A DNA stretch of 64,000 bases from Nostoc sp. (GTDB taxonomy: Bacteria > Cyanobacteriota > Cyanobacteriia > Cyanobacteriales > Nostocaceae), in NCBI GenBank assembly GCA_036918135.1, contig JBALDB010000009.1, forward strand, positions 96,001 through 160,000. Reading direction: 5' to 3'. How positions within the stretch are numbered: position 1 is the stretch's first letter; each line of letters begins with the position of its first letter. Positions 1 through 10,048 of the stretch are shown piece by piece. Position numbers and translations under genes: made by a program. The notes under the pieces are model-generated. The model was not told where the DNA came from, searched no databases, and saw only the letters and a list, made by a program, of their open reading frames with translations.

Positions 1-1185
1 TATAACTTCACCCACTGGAGTAAAACCAATTTCACCCAGAGGTGTATTGTATGTTCCGCTAAGTATCTGTTTATTTAATTGAGTACGTAATTCTGGTAGT
101 TGTAACTTATTAACTTTAGTGTTTTTATCTAAAGCTTGCAGTGCTTCGACATAAACTTGTACTGCTGCAAAAGCTTGGGCACTAAATTGAGGTGGTTCTT
201 TTTTATATTCCTCAGTATAGGCTTTACGAAATGCCGTGTTAATTTCTCCTGGATATTCTGGACTATAAGCTTGAGCAATCAATACACCATCACAAAGTGC
301 CTTACAAACTGGCAATATATTCGATGTATTTAAACCATTCCCACCAACAATTAAACCTTTATAACCCAATTCGCGCAATTGTCGCACCAAATTACCACCA
401 TCAGCAGCCAAACCAGAAATAATTACCAAATCTGGTTTGAGATTAATCGCATTAGTAGCTTGGCTTTGAAAATCTGTATCACTGGTTTGAAACTTTTGGA
501 CTGTTACTACTTCCAGTCCTTGATCCTTAACTGTTTGCTGGAAAATCTCCGTTTCTGACTTGCTAAATGCATCATTTTGAGCATAGAAAACTGCAACTTT
601 CTTAATTTGGGGGTTTTGCTTGAGTGCAGCTTTCACTGAATTAGGAGCGACAACGGAAACTGGTGCAGAAACACGAGCCACATAATCACCAATTTCCGGA
701 ATATTTTTTGCAGTATTTGATGGGCCAATAATTGGTACTTTCGCACGGTCGGCAATCGGATCGGCACTAAAGGCTTGCTGTGATAAAGTTGGGCCAACAA
801 TCCCAATAACTTTATCTTTATTAATTAAAGTTTGAACAGCGTTAATTGCTCCTGCTTCATCACCACTAGTATCTTGAAACACTAATTTAATTGGAGTACC
901 GTTGACTCCACCTTTAGCATTAAAATACTTCTCAGCAATTTTGACTCCAGCCACTTCTTCTTGACCCAATAATGCCACATTGCTAGTTTGGGCAACGGCA
1001 ATACCGATGGGAATCGCACCTGATAATGTACCTGTGGTTGCTGCGGTGTTAGTTGCAGTGTTATTCGTAGTACTATCTGAACCGTTACTTGGAGAATTTG
1101 TCACAGTAGTAGTACCACCGCAGCCTGTGAGTAGTAAAGTACAACTTGATAATAATGCTGTTATCTTAGAGAAAGTTTTTTTCAT
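1..1185 (-). CDS. ABC transporter substrate-binding lipoprotein, branched-chain/neutral amino acid (LivJ/NatB-like); 3' end lies outside the window
   Basis: Not in the ORF track. My translation from ATG 1185 gives MKKTFSKITALLSSCTLLLTGC (lipobox), then GIAVAQTSNVALLGQE...GIVGPTLSQQAFSADP, and the frame stays open to position 1. Confidence 0.85.
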   Translation of the reverse strand, partial: MKKTFSKITALLSSCTLLLTGCGGTTTVTNSPSNGSDSTTNNTATNTAATTGTLSGAIPIGIAVAQTSNVALLGQEEVAGVKIAEKYFNAKGGVNGTPIKLVFQDTSGDEAGAINAVQTLINKDKVIGIVGPTLSQQAFSADPIADRAKVPIIGPSNTAKNIPEIGDYVARVSAPVSVVAPNSVKAALKQNPQIKKVAVFYAQNDAFSKSETEIFQQTVKDQGLEVVTVQKFQTSDTDFQSQATNAINLKPDLVIISGLAADGGNLVRQLRELGYKGLIVGGNGLNTSNILPVCKALCDGVLIAQAYSPEYPGEINTAFRKAYTEEYKKEPPQFSAQAFAAVQVYVEALQALDKNTKVNKLQLPELRTQLNKQILSGTYNTPLGEIGFTPVGEVI

Positions 1186-1528
1186 CGTTAAATAATCATC
1201 TAGTTATTAGATAGTTTGCAAAAGCTAAAGGTAAAGGTTACAATCTGCGAACAAGATCGGGCAAATTTACACTTTTGCAAGAATTAGAGCAGAATTGGCA
1301 AGTAAAACAGGCTTGATGTCTAGCTACCAAAGCCAAGTTGTGTACCTCATCATGTTGAAATCTGCTGTATATTAAATCATTTTTATTTGACCATACAAAG
1401 ACAAATATTCAAAGTGTTTGTAAATACAAATTATTATAGTAGGCAATGATTTTATCATTCCCAGGTTCAACCACCAAATGTGGTACTAATATTATGATGA
1501 TTCTTTAATTATTCTGACTTCTGAATTC

Positions 1529-1864
1529 TTACAGACTATCAAGCTTTTTTTCATTACCAGAGAATTCTTTTGGCTGGTAGTGACGACAACCGTTACACGG
1601 CCCGTTAGGATTTACAGCACAGCGGATGTAGCCGGATCGGGCATTAAATTTGCAGCTGATGTCGCCAATCAGGTAACCCACCCCTTCTAAATAATAGCGA
1701 TCGCCTTCAGCCGATCTGAAGTTTTGCGCTTCCCGCACTCGAGGAAAATTCATCGCTGCTTGCCTCATTCGTAAGCGCGATCGCGATCGGGTTTTGCGGA
1801 TTACCCACAATGAAAATAGGGACGGTAAAAAACCAACGGCAATCACTAAAAGTGTCTTTAACAC
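1529..1864 (-). CDS. Small membrane protein with Cys-rich C-terminus (DUF6464-like)
   Basis: N-terminal TM segment; IGDISCKFNARSGYIRCAVNPNGPCNGC motif. Confidence 0.7.
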   Translation of the reverse strand: MLKTLLVIAVGFLPSLFSLWVIRKTRSRSRLRMRQAAMNFPRVREAQNFRSAEGDRYYLEGVGYLIGDISCKFNARSGYIRCAVNPNGPCNGCRHYQPKEFSGNEKKLDSL

Positions 1865-2103
1865 CTTCTTTTAACCCCTTTTGAGCGCTGATTCATCGTC
1901 CCTGAAGTTGCACTTTGATTTTACACAAGTGCAAATCTGGGGGCAGATGTGCCTTTTGCCACCAATTGTGGTTGCAATTAGCAATTGTCTTGTGGTAACT
2001 AGCAATTTTGAGAATATATTCCTTCTACCACTTCAATCAGCATAACTGTTACAACCTCAGAGGTGGGTTACCTTTAAATGGCGATCGCTTTAAGATTTGT
2101 TGA

Positions 2104-2595
2104 CTAATATTTTTTGAAGAATCGTTTTGTGTTGGTATTAGCCCTATCCTTGTTTTTTCTATGTCGCTGCGATGCTAATCTTTTTTTGGTTTGCTGACGC
2201 AACTGCTGTGCTAGCAGTGCTGCTTCCCTTTCTGCTCGGAATAAATCAACTCTTCGTGTTGTCAAAATAAAAGACTGGTCTGATTTTTTTCTTACCCAAG
2301 GGACGCTAACTGCTAAATACTGACAGATATTTTTGCATGGTTTCGGCTTGATGAGTGGGTAACGTTTTTGAGTATTGAACGTGTTAGCGATCGCTTTCAA
2401 CTCCAGTATCGCTGCTTCTAACTCTCCTGCCATCCGGTTGACGCGCTCAACTTGCGCGATTAAACGCTCCCGTTCGCTGATAATTTTTTCCTCTTGCAGT
2501 TGCAGTGGCACTATGGCAGTAGTTACAGGTGTCGGCTGTAACAGTGAAACATTGACTGGAATAGGCTGTTTGTAGCTGTCTGGGATTTTTTTCAT
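2104..2595 (-). CDS. Hypothetical protein (coiled coil, basic C-terminus)
   Basis: 163-aa ORF with a GAGG RBS upstream of the ATG. Confidence 0.65.
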   Translation of the reverse strand: MKKIPDSYKQPIPVNVSLLQPTPVTTAIVPLQLQEEKIISERERLIAQVERVNRMAGELEAAILELKAIANTFNTQKRYPLIKPKPCKNICQYLAVSVPWVRKKSDQSFILTTRRVDLFRAEREAALLAQQLRQQTKKRLASQRHRKNKDRANTNTKRFFKKY

Positions 2596-2644
2596 ACTAC
2601 CTCAAGTAAGGCTAGCTGACTTGTAAGGCATTTTAGCACCAGTA

Positions 2645-2660
2645 TAGTAAATTTGTACTA
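2645..2660. promoter_or_regulatory. Putative LexA box
   Basis: TAGTAAATTTGTACTA is a near match to the cyanobacterial RGTAC-N3-DGTWCB consensus, about 50 bp upstream of 2595. Confidence 0.4.
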
Positions 2661-2828
2661 TAATTTTTGAATATGAGGCTTAATCTGGAGAAGAAAACCA
2701 GTAATTATCTCCACCTCCAAAATGGAGAACCTTAGAGCTAGCCTATGCTAGTTCAAGTTGAAAAAGGTAAATTTAGGAATATTAGATAGAGTAGCCCAAA
2801 GTTCTTGCCAACAATTGTGAAAATTGAA

Positions 2829-2857
2829 ATCCCCGACTTATTCAATAAGTCGGGGAT
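2829..2857. repeat. Palindromic REP-like/terminator hairpin
   Basis: ATCCCCGACTTAT-TCA-ATAAGTCGGGGAT. Confidence 0.75.
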
Positions 2858-3094
2858 CTAGGTAGTAATTTCTGTTTAAGGTCTTATATATTATGTTTAG
2901 TTAATTAAACCTAATAAAACCACGGATTCTCGGTATTGGGTTATACTATTTTGCATAAAATAATTGTACTATCTACAGATATATGTTGAGCTTCGTGGCT
3001 CAATGCAACACTTAATATCTTGTATAGGTTGGGTTTCACTTTGTACCCCTACGGGCAAGCAACAAGCCAACCTACGCACCTAATTTTCAATTAA

Positions 3095-3310
3095 TTAAGC
3101 ATTGCCACCTCGGTAATTAGCATCTAACCAACAGCGTGGTAAATCTTCACCAGAAGGAAAAACGAGATTTTCTTTTTTATAAGAATCAGGTTGCTGTTCT
3201 TCTTCACCTTGTTGTTCTCGTGCCTGAACAACATCATTATTAGGGTCGATTAATTCTTGAATTTCGAGAATTTTTACTAATTCGCCGCTGTCTTTAAGTT
3301 GTAAAAGCAT
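3095..3310 (-). CDS. Conserved small acidic hypothetical protein
   Basis: GEEEQ...FPSGEDLPRCW motif; RBS-like GAGG. Confidence 0.75.
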   Translation of the reverse strand: MLLQLKDSGELVKILEIQELIDPNNDVVQAREQQGEEEQQPDSYKKENLVFPSGEDLPRCWLDANYRGGNA

Positions 3311-3442
3311 ACAATTAGCCTCAGTAAGTTTATATGAAAATTTATAGCGAGTCTCAATATCAACTCGCTCAAGTTACAGAATTTATTTGGAATTCTGACT
3401 TTTGAATTCTGTTTTTCTCAAATAGAATTTTGGTTTTAGCGA

Positions 3443-3751
3443 TTAAATTTCGCGTTGAAATTTTTCCAAAATATCTACTAAGTTAACTTGGCATTGGACT
3501 GGGAGAAAATCAATTAAAGGAAGTTCGCGTTTGCCGCCGCCAATTTTTACTGAAATAGATGACAAAACTTGTGTAACTCGGTCTTCATTTACAGTATTGG
3601 AAGTAATTAAAGGATATAGTTGCTCAGCGACAAGTGTATGCAGTTTGGCATTAGATAAATAAAGATGCCATTTAGCAACGTCTATATAGACGTTTTCACC
3701 AATTTCAGCTGCTAGGGCTTCGAGTAGTTCTGCGGTGTTAGTTTTAGCCAT
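3443..3751 (-). CDS. DUF3181-like protein
   Basis: IGENVYIDVAKWHLYL and IGGG motifs. Confidence 0.75.
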   Translation of the reverse strand: MAKTNTAELLEALAAEIGENVYIDVAKWHLYLSNAKLHTLVAEQLYPLITSNTVNEDRVTQVLSSISVKIGGGKRELPLIDFLPVQCQVNLVDILEKFQREI

Positions 3752-3871
3752 AAAAATAACCCTAAATTGAGAAAGAGCGCGAAATTTCAGGCTTATTTGG
3801 ATTATTGCTCAATTAATAAAGCTAATTCTACTGCCACAGGTTACAATCGCCCCAGTATCAGCAGTCCATCT

Positions 3872-4129
3872 TCAGGTGGATTTGGGTGGTGTTTCAGTGT
3901 AGTTGGCGATCGCAGCAATATAAATTAGATGTACCAACAATATTACTAGCCAACTCACAGTCAGCCAGGGCAGCCACTCCCAACTAGTGCCTTTGAAGTT
4001 GTGGAAGAACCACAATCCAGAATTAATAGTAGCAGCAATCGCTACATGCATGGCAAAATTCATCCGGTCATCTAATTTGCGGTACTCTGGGTCTTTGCGA
4101 TCGGGTTTGCGAGGCCAACGAGGAGGCAT
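3872..4129 (-). CDS. 2TM domain protein
   Basis: MPPRWPR...RMNFAMH plus two TM segments. Confidence 0.75.
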   Translation of the reverse strand: MPPRWPRKPDRKDPEYRKLDDRMNFAMHVAIAATINSGLWFFHNFKGTSWEWLPWLTVSWLVILLVHLIYIAAIANYTETPPKST

Positions 4130-4196
4130 AAATATTTGTTACAGATATTAAATACACCCTACTTATTCTAAGGTTTTTGGGAGTGCGATCGCTATT

Positions 4197-4396
4197 GGAG
4201 AGGTAGGGAGATGGGGGAGTGTGGGGTGTGTAGGGAGATGGGGGAGTGTGGGGTGTGTAGGGAGATGGGGGAGTGTGGGGAGAGAGGGAGGCAAGATTTC
4301 TTCCCCATCCTCCCACACCTCCTTTTCCTCCTACACCTCCTTTTCCTCCCACACCTGCATTTCTTCCGCTTCCTCCTGCACCTCCCCATCTCCCCA
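4197..4396. repeat. G-rich/C-rich bipartite intergenic repeat element (copy 1)
   Basis: 27-bp tandem unit TAGGGAGATGGGGGAGTGTGGGGTGTG, central GGCAAGATTT, then CCTCCCACA repeats. Confidence 0.85.
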
Positions 4397-4399
4397 TAC

Positions 4400-4609
4400 A
4401 TGAATCAACCTAGTGGATAGGTAAACCCAGTTGAAATCCAAAAACACTTGAAAGGTGTTGACTATCCTGCAAAAAAGCAAGATTTAATTCAACACGCTAA
4501 AAAGCAAGGAGCAGATCGGCAAATTATCTCTTTGTTAGAAAAAGTGCCAGAAGACAAAGAGTTTGAAAGTCCAACGGCTCTGAATAAAGCTTTAAGCGAG
4601 ATAGTGTAG
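4400..4609 (+). pseudogene. DUF2795-like small protein with in-frame stop near the N-terminus
   Basis: MNQPSG*VNPVEIQKHLKGVDYPAKKQDLIQHAKKQGAD...FESPTALNKAL; TAG at 4418-4420. Confidence 0.65.
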
Positions 4610-4610
4610 G

Positions 4611-5120
4611 TTATTGCTCTGACAGGGAATAATCTCCTGATTTCCCGCCACTTTTACTGATTAAGCGAATTGATTCTATTTGAATCGACTTTTCTAATGC
4701 TTTAGCCATATCGTATAAAGTTAAAGCTGCAACAGAAACGGCAGTTAGAGCCTCCATCTCTACGCCAGTTTCAGCTTTGGTTTTGACTGTGGCTTGAATT
4801 TCATAACCAGGTAGTTGGGGATCGGGAATTACCTCGATCGCAATTTTTTGTAAAGGTAAGGGATGACATAGAGGAATTAAAGCAGCTGTTTGCTTGGCTG
4901 CCATAATCCCAGCTAACCTCACAGTTCCCAATACATCACCTTTTGGAACATTTCCGGCTTGAATTGCGGCGAAGGTTGCTGGGAGCATCCGCACCTTGGC
5001 AGCGGCTACTGCTTGGCGCACAGTCGATACTTTGTCGGATACATCCACCATCTGTGCTTGTCCTTGGTAATCTAGATGGGTTAGGTTACCAGAATTAGAT
5101 AGAAAATTATCTTGCGTCAT
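4611..5120 (-). CDS. moaC: Cyclic pyranopterin monophosphate synthase MoaC
   Basis: [37 protein letters not shown]. Confidence 0.97.
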   Translation of the reverse strand: MTQDNFLSNSGNLTHLDYQGQAQMVDVSDKVSTVRQAVAAAKVRMLPATFAAIQAGNVPKGDVLGTVRLAGIMAAKQTAALIPLCHPLPLQKIAIEVIPDPQLPGYEIQATVKTKAETGVEMEALTAVSVAALTLYDMAKALEKSIQIESIRLISKSGGKSGDYSLSEQ

Positions 5121-5154
5121 TTAGTGAGAAAGTGTTAATATAGTTTCTTGTCAA

Positions 5155-5228
5155 GGGCGTGTAGCTCAGTGGACTAGAGCACGTGGCTACGGACCACGGT
5201 GTCGGGGGTTCGAATCCCTCCTCGCCCG
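5155..5228 (+). tRNA. trnR-ACG: tRNA-Arg(ACG)
   Basis: GGGCGTG acceptor stem, anticodon arm CGTGG-CTACGGA-CCACG, GGTTCGAATCC T-loop. Confidence 0.97.
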
Positions 5229-5362
5229 TTTTGTAAAGTTATGAGCGACCACAATTAAAACTTTTAACCGTTAATTTGGGGAACTCGAAGAAATAAATTT
5301 TCCTGTTTCAAGTTGGTAACTGATGACTGACAACAGTGAAATATTTTTTATTTGTGAGTATC

Positions 5363-6595
5363 TTATAACTTATTCAAGGCGTAAGTATCTGGGGCACGAC
5401 CCAAGGCAAAGCGCAAGGACTGAGATAAATCTTTGCTGGACTTGGTGAAGAAAATCATAAGTGCTACAAAAGTAATGGCAGCACCATAGCCAAACATACT
5501 GCGATAACCGACTTGTTCGGCAATAGAACCCAAAATAGGAGCAGCGATCGCAATCCCCAAGTCAAATCCAGTTACGCAGATAGCAAAAATTCGCCCCCGT
5601 TCTTGTGGCAGCGAACGGTCTGCCATCATAGTCACAATCATCGATATAACTGTACCACTACCACTACCTTCAAAAATCGCTGCTAGTAAAAAACTACTTA
5701 CATTATTAGCCTGCCACAGTAGCAGCAATGCCAAAACATAACAAATTATACCAAAGGTGATAAACAAACCACGACCGAAGCGATCGCTTGCTTTACCAGC
5801 AAATACCCTGGTACTAAAACTAGAAATTGCCGCAATTGTAAAAAATAATCCACCATTAAAGTTTATCTGAGTTGATTTGATGAACAAAGACACAAAGGTA
5901 TGTACAGTACCCACAGACAAACCAACCAGTAACATAATTAAAGTTGGCACTCTCACCCGTGGGCTGTTGAGAATTTGCCAAAATTTGTGATTATTGTCTG
6001 GAGTTCGCTCCTGCGTCTGTAGTGGTGGATTGGTGACTTGGACAATTGCCAACAGAGCCACAAAACCCAACTCAGCAGAAAATAAAAATAACACTCCATA
6101 AGTAGTTGTAGCTTGTAAAAACCCTCCCAAGGCAGGGCCAACTGCTAAACCAATGGGAGTTGCAAGGCTCATGTAACTAATGACTTCACCACGTTTTTCG
6201 GATGGAGCCAAATCTGCGATTAAAGCACTGTAACCAGTAGTAAAAGCAGCGAGACTAATGCCATGAAAAATCCGTACCAGGATCAACTGCCCAATGCCTT
6301 GGGTTGCTAAGTAACCAAAAGGTGCGATCGCAGCTACTATCGTACCAATCAACAAGACAAGTTTTCGACCACGTTCATCGGCCAATCGTCCCAACATCGG
6401 CCGAGTTAGCAATAAACCAACGGCAAAACTACCTGTTACAATTCCAATTTGTTGCTTAGTCGCGCCAACATACTCAAGATAAAGCGGTAGAGTTGGTAAC
6501 AGCGAAGCCACACTCGACCAGAATAATAAACCTGCTGTGAATAGAATCAGCAGGTTGTACCGCAGTTCGGTGTCAAAGGCATTAAATACTTTCAA
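5363..6595 (-). CDS. MFS transporter
   Basis: 12-TM pattern; GRLADERGRK and GKASDRFGR motif A. Confidence 0.92.
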   Translation of the reverse strand: MKVFNAFDTELRYNLLILFTAGLLFWSSVASLLPTLPLYLEYVGATKQQIGIVTGSFAVGLLLTRPMLGRLADERGRKLVLLIGTIVAAIAPFGYLATQGIGQLILVRIFHGISLAAFTTGYSALIADLAPSEKRGEVISYMSLATPIGLAVGPALGGFLQATTTYGVLFLFSAELGFVALLAIVQVTNPPLQTQERTPDNNHKFWQILNSPRVRVPTLIMLLVGLSVGTVHTFVSLFIKSTQINFNGGLFFTIAAISSFSTRVFAGKASDRFGRGLFITFGIICYVLALLLLWQANNVSSFLLAAIFEGSGSGTVISMIVTMMADRSLPQERGRIFAICVTGFDLGIAIAAPILGSIAEQVGYRSMFGYGAAITFVALMIFFTKSSKDLSQSLRFALGRAPDTYALNKL

Positions 6596-6616
6596 AGTAG
6601 ATGCGATTGAATGAGT

Positions 6617-6690
6617 TTTTTGTCATTTGTCGTTTGTCCTTTGTCATTTATTGCTCGTAACTAATGACTAATGACTAATGACTATTGTTA
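6617..6690. repeat. Heptamer STRR tract
   Basis: TTGTCAT/TTGTCCT units facing AATGACT units. Confidence 0.7.
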
Positions 6691-6692
6691 CT

Positions 6693-7697
6693 TTAGTTAA
6701 CCTTTTTTGCTACCACCTCTCGCACACGATAGATAGGCCGTCCTTGGGATTCATGATATGTACGCATCAGCAACTCTGCTAAAAGACCAAAGCAAAACAA
6801 CTGTACTCCAGTGACTAACAGCAGAACTGCCAAAATTAGCAAAGGGCGATTGCCAATCATCTCACCCAAAGCTAATTTGATGAACGTCAAATAAATGCCG
6901 ATTAGCGTTCCCGAAACCATTGAAATCAAGCCCAACAACCCGAAAACATGCATTGGGCGGGTGAGGAACCTTTTCATAAACAAAATGGTTAATAAATCCA
7001 TCAACACCCGAAATGTACGCCAAATCCCATACTTACTACGACCAAAGCGGCGAGGATGATGACGCACGGGTATTTCGGTAATTCTTGCTCCTTCGATGTA
7101 CGCCAAAGTAGGTAAAAAGCGATGTAATTCTCCGTAGAGGTTCATATCTGCCAGTAGTTCTGCACGATAGGCTTTGAGAGAACAACCGTAGTCATGAATA
7201 TTCACACCAGTAGTACGGCGAATTAGCCAATTGGCAATTTTGGAAGGAAGTAAGCGATTTATAGCACCATCTTGGCGTTTTTGTCGCCAACCACTTACCA
7301 AATCGTAACCTTCATCCAGCTTTGCTAATAACATCGGAATATCAGCTGGGTCATTTTGCAAATCAGCATCCAAAGAGACGATCGCTTTACCTAATGCATA
7401 ATGAAATCCAGCAGCCATCGCCGCAGTTTGGCCGTAGTTGCGACGCAAAATCACAGCTTTTAAATTAGAACGTGCTTGCGCCTCTTGTTTAAGAAATTCC
7501 CCAGAACCATCTGTTGAACCATCATCCACACAAATGATTTCATAACTTATCTGACTCGAAGATAATGTAGATGCGATCGCTTCTAATAAAAGCGGCAAAC
7601 TTTCCACTTCGTTATGTATCGGCACCACTACCGAAACATCTGGGACAATTGCCGAAATCGCCTCATTCAACCCTTGATAAACCAACCCACTCCTCAT
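6693..7697 (-). CDS. GT2 glycosyltransferase (ArnC/DPM1-like); start uncertain
   Basis: VDDGSTDG, RRNYGQTAA, LDADLQNDP, two C-terminal TMs. Confidence 0.9.
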   Translation of the reverse strand: MRSGLVYQGLNEAISAIVPDVSVVVPIHNEVESLPLLLEAIASTLSSSQISYEIICVDDGSTDGSGEFLKQEAQARSNLKAVILRRNYGQTAAMAAGFHYALGKAIVSLDADLQNDPADIPMLLAKLDEGYDLVSGWRQKRQDGAINRLLPSKIANWLIRRTTGVNIHDYGCSLKAYRAELLADMNLYGELHRFLPTLAYIEGARITEIPVRHHPRRFGRSKYGIWRTFRVLMDLLTILFMKRFLTRPMHVFGLLGLISMVSGTLIGIYLTFIKLALGEMIGNRPLLILAVLLLVTGVQLFCFGLLAELLMRTYHESQGRPIYRVREVVAKKVN

Positions 7698-7732
7698 CTT
7701 CTTCTGCATCCTCAGTGTCTTGAGAGAAGTTC

Positions 7733-8461
7733 TCAACGGCCAAAGCCGCCGCTCTTAACTTCTGTTTGTGGTTCGTAACTCTTGATAACTCTACCAGCAC
7801 CTCGCAGCTGCTGAAAATATGACTGACTAACTGCATCTCCCTGTTCCGAGAGAACATCAATCCCAATCCCATTGCGTCCCTGTTCTTTTCCAGAACTGTG
7901 GATGTAATAACCATCCGCTAAATAAAGTCCCACATGGGTTGCTTTTTGGCTTGTTCCAAAAAATACTAGATCGCCAGCTGCTAATTCTGCCATCGTAATT
8001 GGTTGGGTGAATCCTTCCTGTTGATAAGCATCTCTTGGTAACCAAACACCCACCGAAGCAAAAGCCGCTTGCATTAACCCAGAACAATCATAATTTGGTG
8101 CTACTGTACCACCCCAAAGATAATAATTTGATTGTTGCATCGCTTTTTGAGTAAAAGCGATAACCTCTACGAGTAGTTTTTTAATTTCAGATTCAGAAAA
8201 TCTTGCAGCCTGATAAAGTACAGTAGCAGGTTGTAATAAACCCAAATCTGAAAAAGATGCCCATCCGGGATAGTCATCTTCACGCAAATACACCTCAACC
8301 GCCAAATCTCGATCGTTTGATGTTACCCATAAATGTCGCCCAGATGCGGCTTGAGTTGCTAAGCGCGTACACCCAGGAGAATCGTATAAGTTCAGGTTAG
8401 CTAGACACTGATACTCTGCTGATTTTAGATTTTGGATTTTGGATTTTAGATTAAAGGACAT
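7733..8461 (-). CDS. NlpC/P60 (C40) peptidase
   Basis: YLWGG...YDCSGL...LPRDAYQQ...HVGLY...HSS; ATG 8461 chosen to avoid overlap with the divergent gene. Confidence 0.9.
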   Translation of the reverse strand: MSFNLKSKIQNLKSAEYQCLANLNLYDSPGCTRLATQAASGRHLWVTSNDRDLAVEVYLREDDYPGWASFSDLGLLQPATVLYQAARFSESEIKKLLVEVIAFTQKAMQQSNYYLWGGTVAPNYDCSGLMQAAFASVGVWLPRDAYQQEGFTQPITMAELAAGDLVFFGTSQKATHVGLYLADGYYIHSSGKEQGRNGIGIDVLSEQGDAVSQSYFQQLRGAGRVIKSYEPQTEVKSGGFGR

Positions 8462-8470
8462 TATTGGAGA

Positions 8471-9403
8471 ATGATTTTTTTTAATAAAGACGAACAACTC
8501 GAAAATCTTGGGTTAGGCATTTTAGACGCGACTTGGGGAGCATTTCCCAGTTTAGCTCGCAACCAAATTGCCTTGACTTGGGTTGTTTACGACCCACCTG
8601 TACCAGTAAATACTGGTGGTGCGCTGACTCCCGACGCTTTTTGGAATCACCCAGTTCGCGGTTTTTCTTATCGGGGTGTTGAGCGGATTTACCCTGCAAG
8701 TATAGTCAAGTTATTTTACTTGGTGGCAGTAAATGAATGGCTCGAAAAAGGTATGAGCCAAACTTCTAAGGAATTGGATCGAGCCTTGCGCGATATGATT
8801 GTAGATTCTAGTAATGATGCCACCAGCTTGGTTGTGGACATTCTCACTGGCACTACCTCAGGCCCAGAACTAGCATCAGCCCCTTTTGAAACCTGGAAAT
8901 ATCAACGTAATATCGTCAACCGCTATTACCAATCCTTGGGATGGCAAGAAATAGAGACGATTAACGTCTGTCAAAAAACTTGGGGTGATGGCCCCTATGG
9001 ACGCGAACGGGCGTTTGTAGGAGAGTTACTAGAAAACCGTAATATGTTGACCACAAATGCGATCGCCAGATTACTGCATAGTATTGTCGGTGGGGTAGCA
9101 GTTTCCAGTGCGCGATCGCAAGCAATGATGGCTTTGCTCAAACGTAGCCTTAAAGATTTGTCCACTGACACCGAAGAAAATCAAATAACAGGTTTTTTAG
9201 GGGGTGGACTGACTCAAGATGCCCAAATTTGGTCAAAGGCAGGTTGGACAAGTCAAGTTCGCCATGATGTCGCGTATATTGAATTACCAAACCAGCGTCC
9301 CTACATTTTAGTAGTATTTACTGAAGGCAAAGCCCAAGCTAAGAACCGCGATATTTTGCCCTTCATTTCTAAACTAGTTGCACAAGCAATTAGTAATCTA
9401 TAA
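8471..9403 (+). CDS. Class A beta-lactamase-like serine hydrolase
   Basis: PASIVK (SxxK), SSNDA, SKAG, RHD. Confidence 0.88.
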   Translation: MIFFNKDEQLENLGLGILDATWGAFPSLARNQIALTWVVYDPPVPVNTGGALTPDAFWNHPVRGFSYRGVERIYPASIVKLFYLVAVNEWLEKGMSQTSKELDRALRDMIVDSSNDATSLVVDILTGTTSGPELASAPFETWKYQRNIVNRYYQSLGWQEIETINVCQKTWGDGPYGRERAFVGELLENRNMLTTNAIARLLHSIVGGVAVSSARSQAMMALLKRSLKDLSTDTEENQITGFLGGGLTQDAQIWSKAGWTSQVRHDVAYIELPNQRPYILVVFTEGKAQAKNRDILPFISKLVAQAISNL

Positions 9404-9490
9404 AAGTGACTGGGAATTGGGGATTGGTTATTCCCTTGTGCTTTTGTTTTTTGTTTTCTTATTCCCATTCCCTAACCCTAATTAGAAATT

Positions 9491-10048
9491 TCATTTTTTA
9501 GTTTTAATATGTCTGTAGATAGATGCAATATTACGGGCATCGTCAATGCCACGATGATGTGTGCCTTTTAATTCTATTCCCAACTGATTGAGAGCTTGCG
9601 CCATACCAAATTTTTTAGACACGCCAAGGTATTTAGAAAATTCCTCTTTGATATTTATGTGTTCTGAACTAAAAGGATAAGGAAAATGATGAAACGCACA
9701 ATCTTGAATAAATTGCTTTTTGTCGTAATTACCCCAAGAACAAAAAATATGATTGGGAAATAAATTAATCCATTCTTGAAAGCGAGAAATTGCTTCTAGA
9801 AATTTTGGTGCTTCATCAACATCTTGCTGCCGAATAGTAGTTAATTCTGTACAAAAAACTGTCAGTTGCGGATGTCTGGTAGGTTGGATAAATTGCTGAA
9901 ACTCCGAATCAATTTCCCACGTTGTCCGATTGAGCATCACTGCACCGATTTCGATAATTTCCATTTCCTGACTGGAAATAGTTCCATTGTCAGAGCATGT
10001 AGCCTCTAAATCAACTATCAAATAATAGTGGTGTTTTTGAGCTTTCAT
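9491..10048 (-). CDS. DEDDh 3'-5' exonuclease (ERI-1/KapD-like)
   Basis: VDLEATC, EIIEIGAV, SWGNYD, HRGIDDARN. Confidence 0.9.
   Translation of the reverse strand: MKAQKHHYYLIVDLEATCSDNGTISSQEMEIIEIGAVMLNRTTWEIDSEFQQFIQPTRHPQLTVFCTELTTIRQQDVDEAPKFLEAISRFQEWINLFPNHIFCSWGNYDKKQFIQDCAFHHFPYPFSSEHINIKEEFSKYLGVSKKFGMAQALNQLGIELKGTHHRGIDDARNIASIYRHIKTKK

Noticed and set aside
136..1195. Plus-strand ORFs 136-333 and 980-1195
   Set aside because: They are antisense shadows of the minus-strand substrate-binding protein gene.
4068..4420. Four overlapping ORFs (also 24207-24455 and 25353-25673)
   Set aside because: They are low-complexity translations of the G/C-rich repeat element, not credible proteins.
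5155..5300. tRNA-Arg as an integration site
   Set aside because: I saw no integrase and no duplicated tRNA 3' end.
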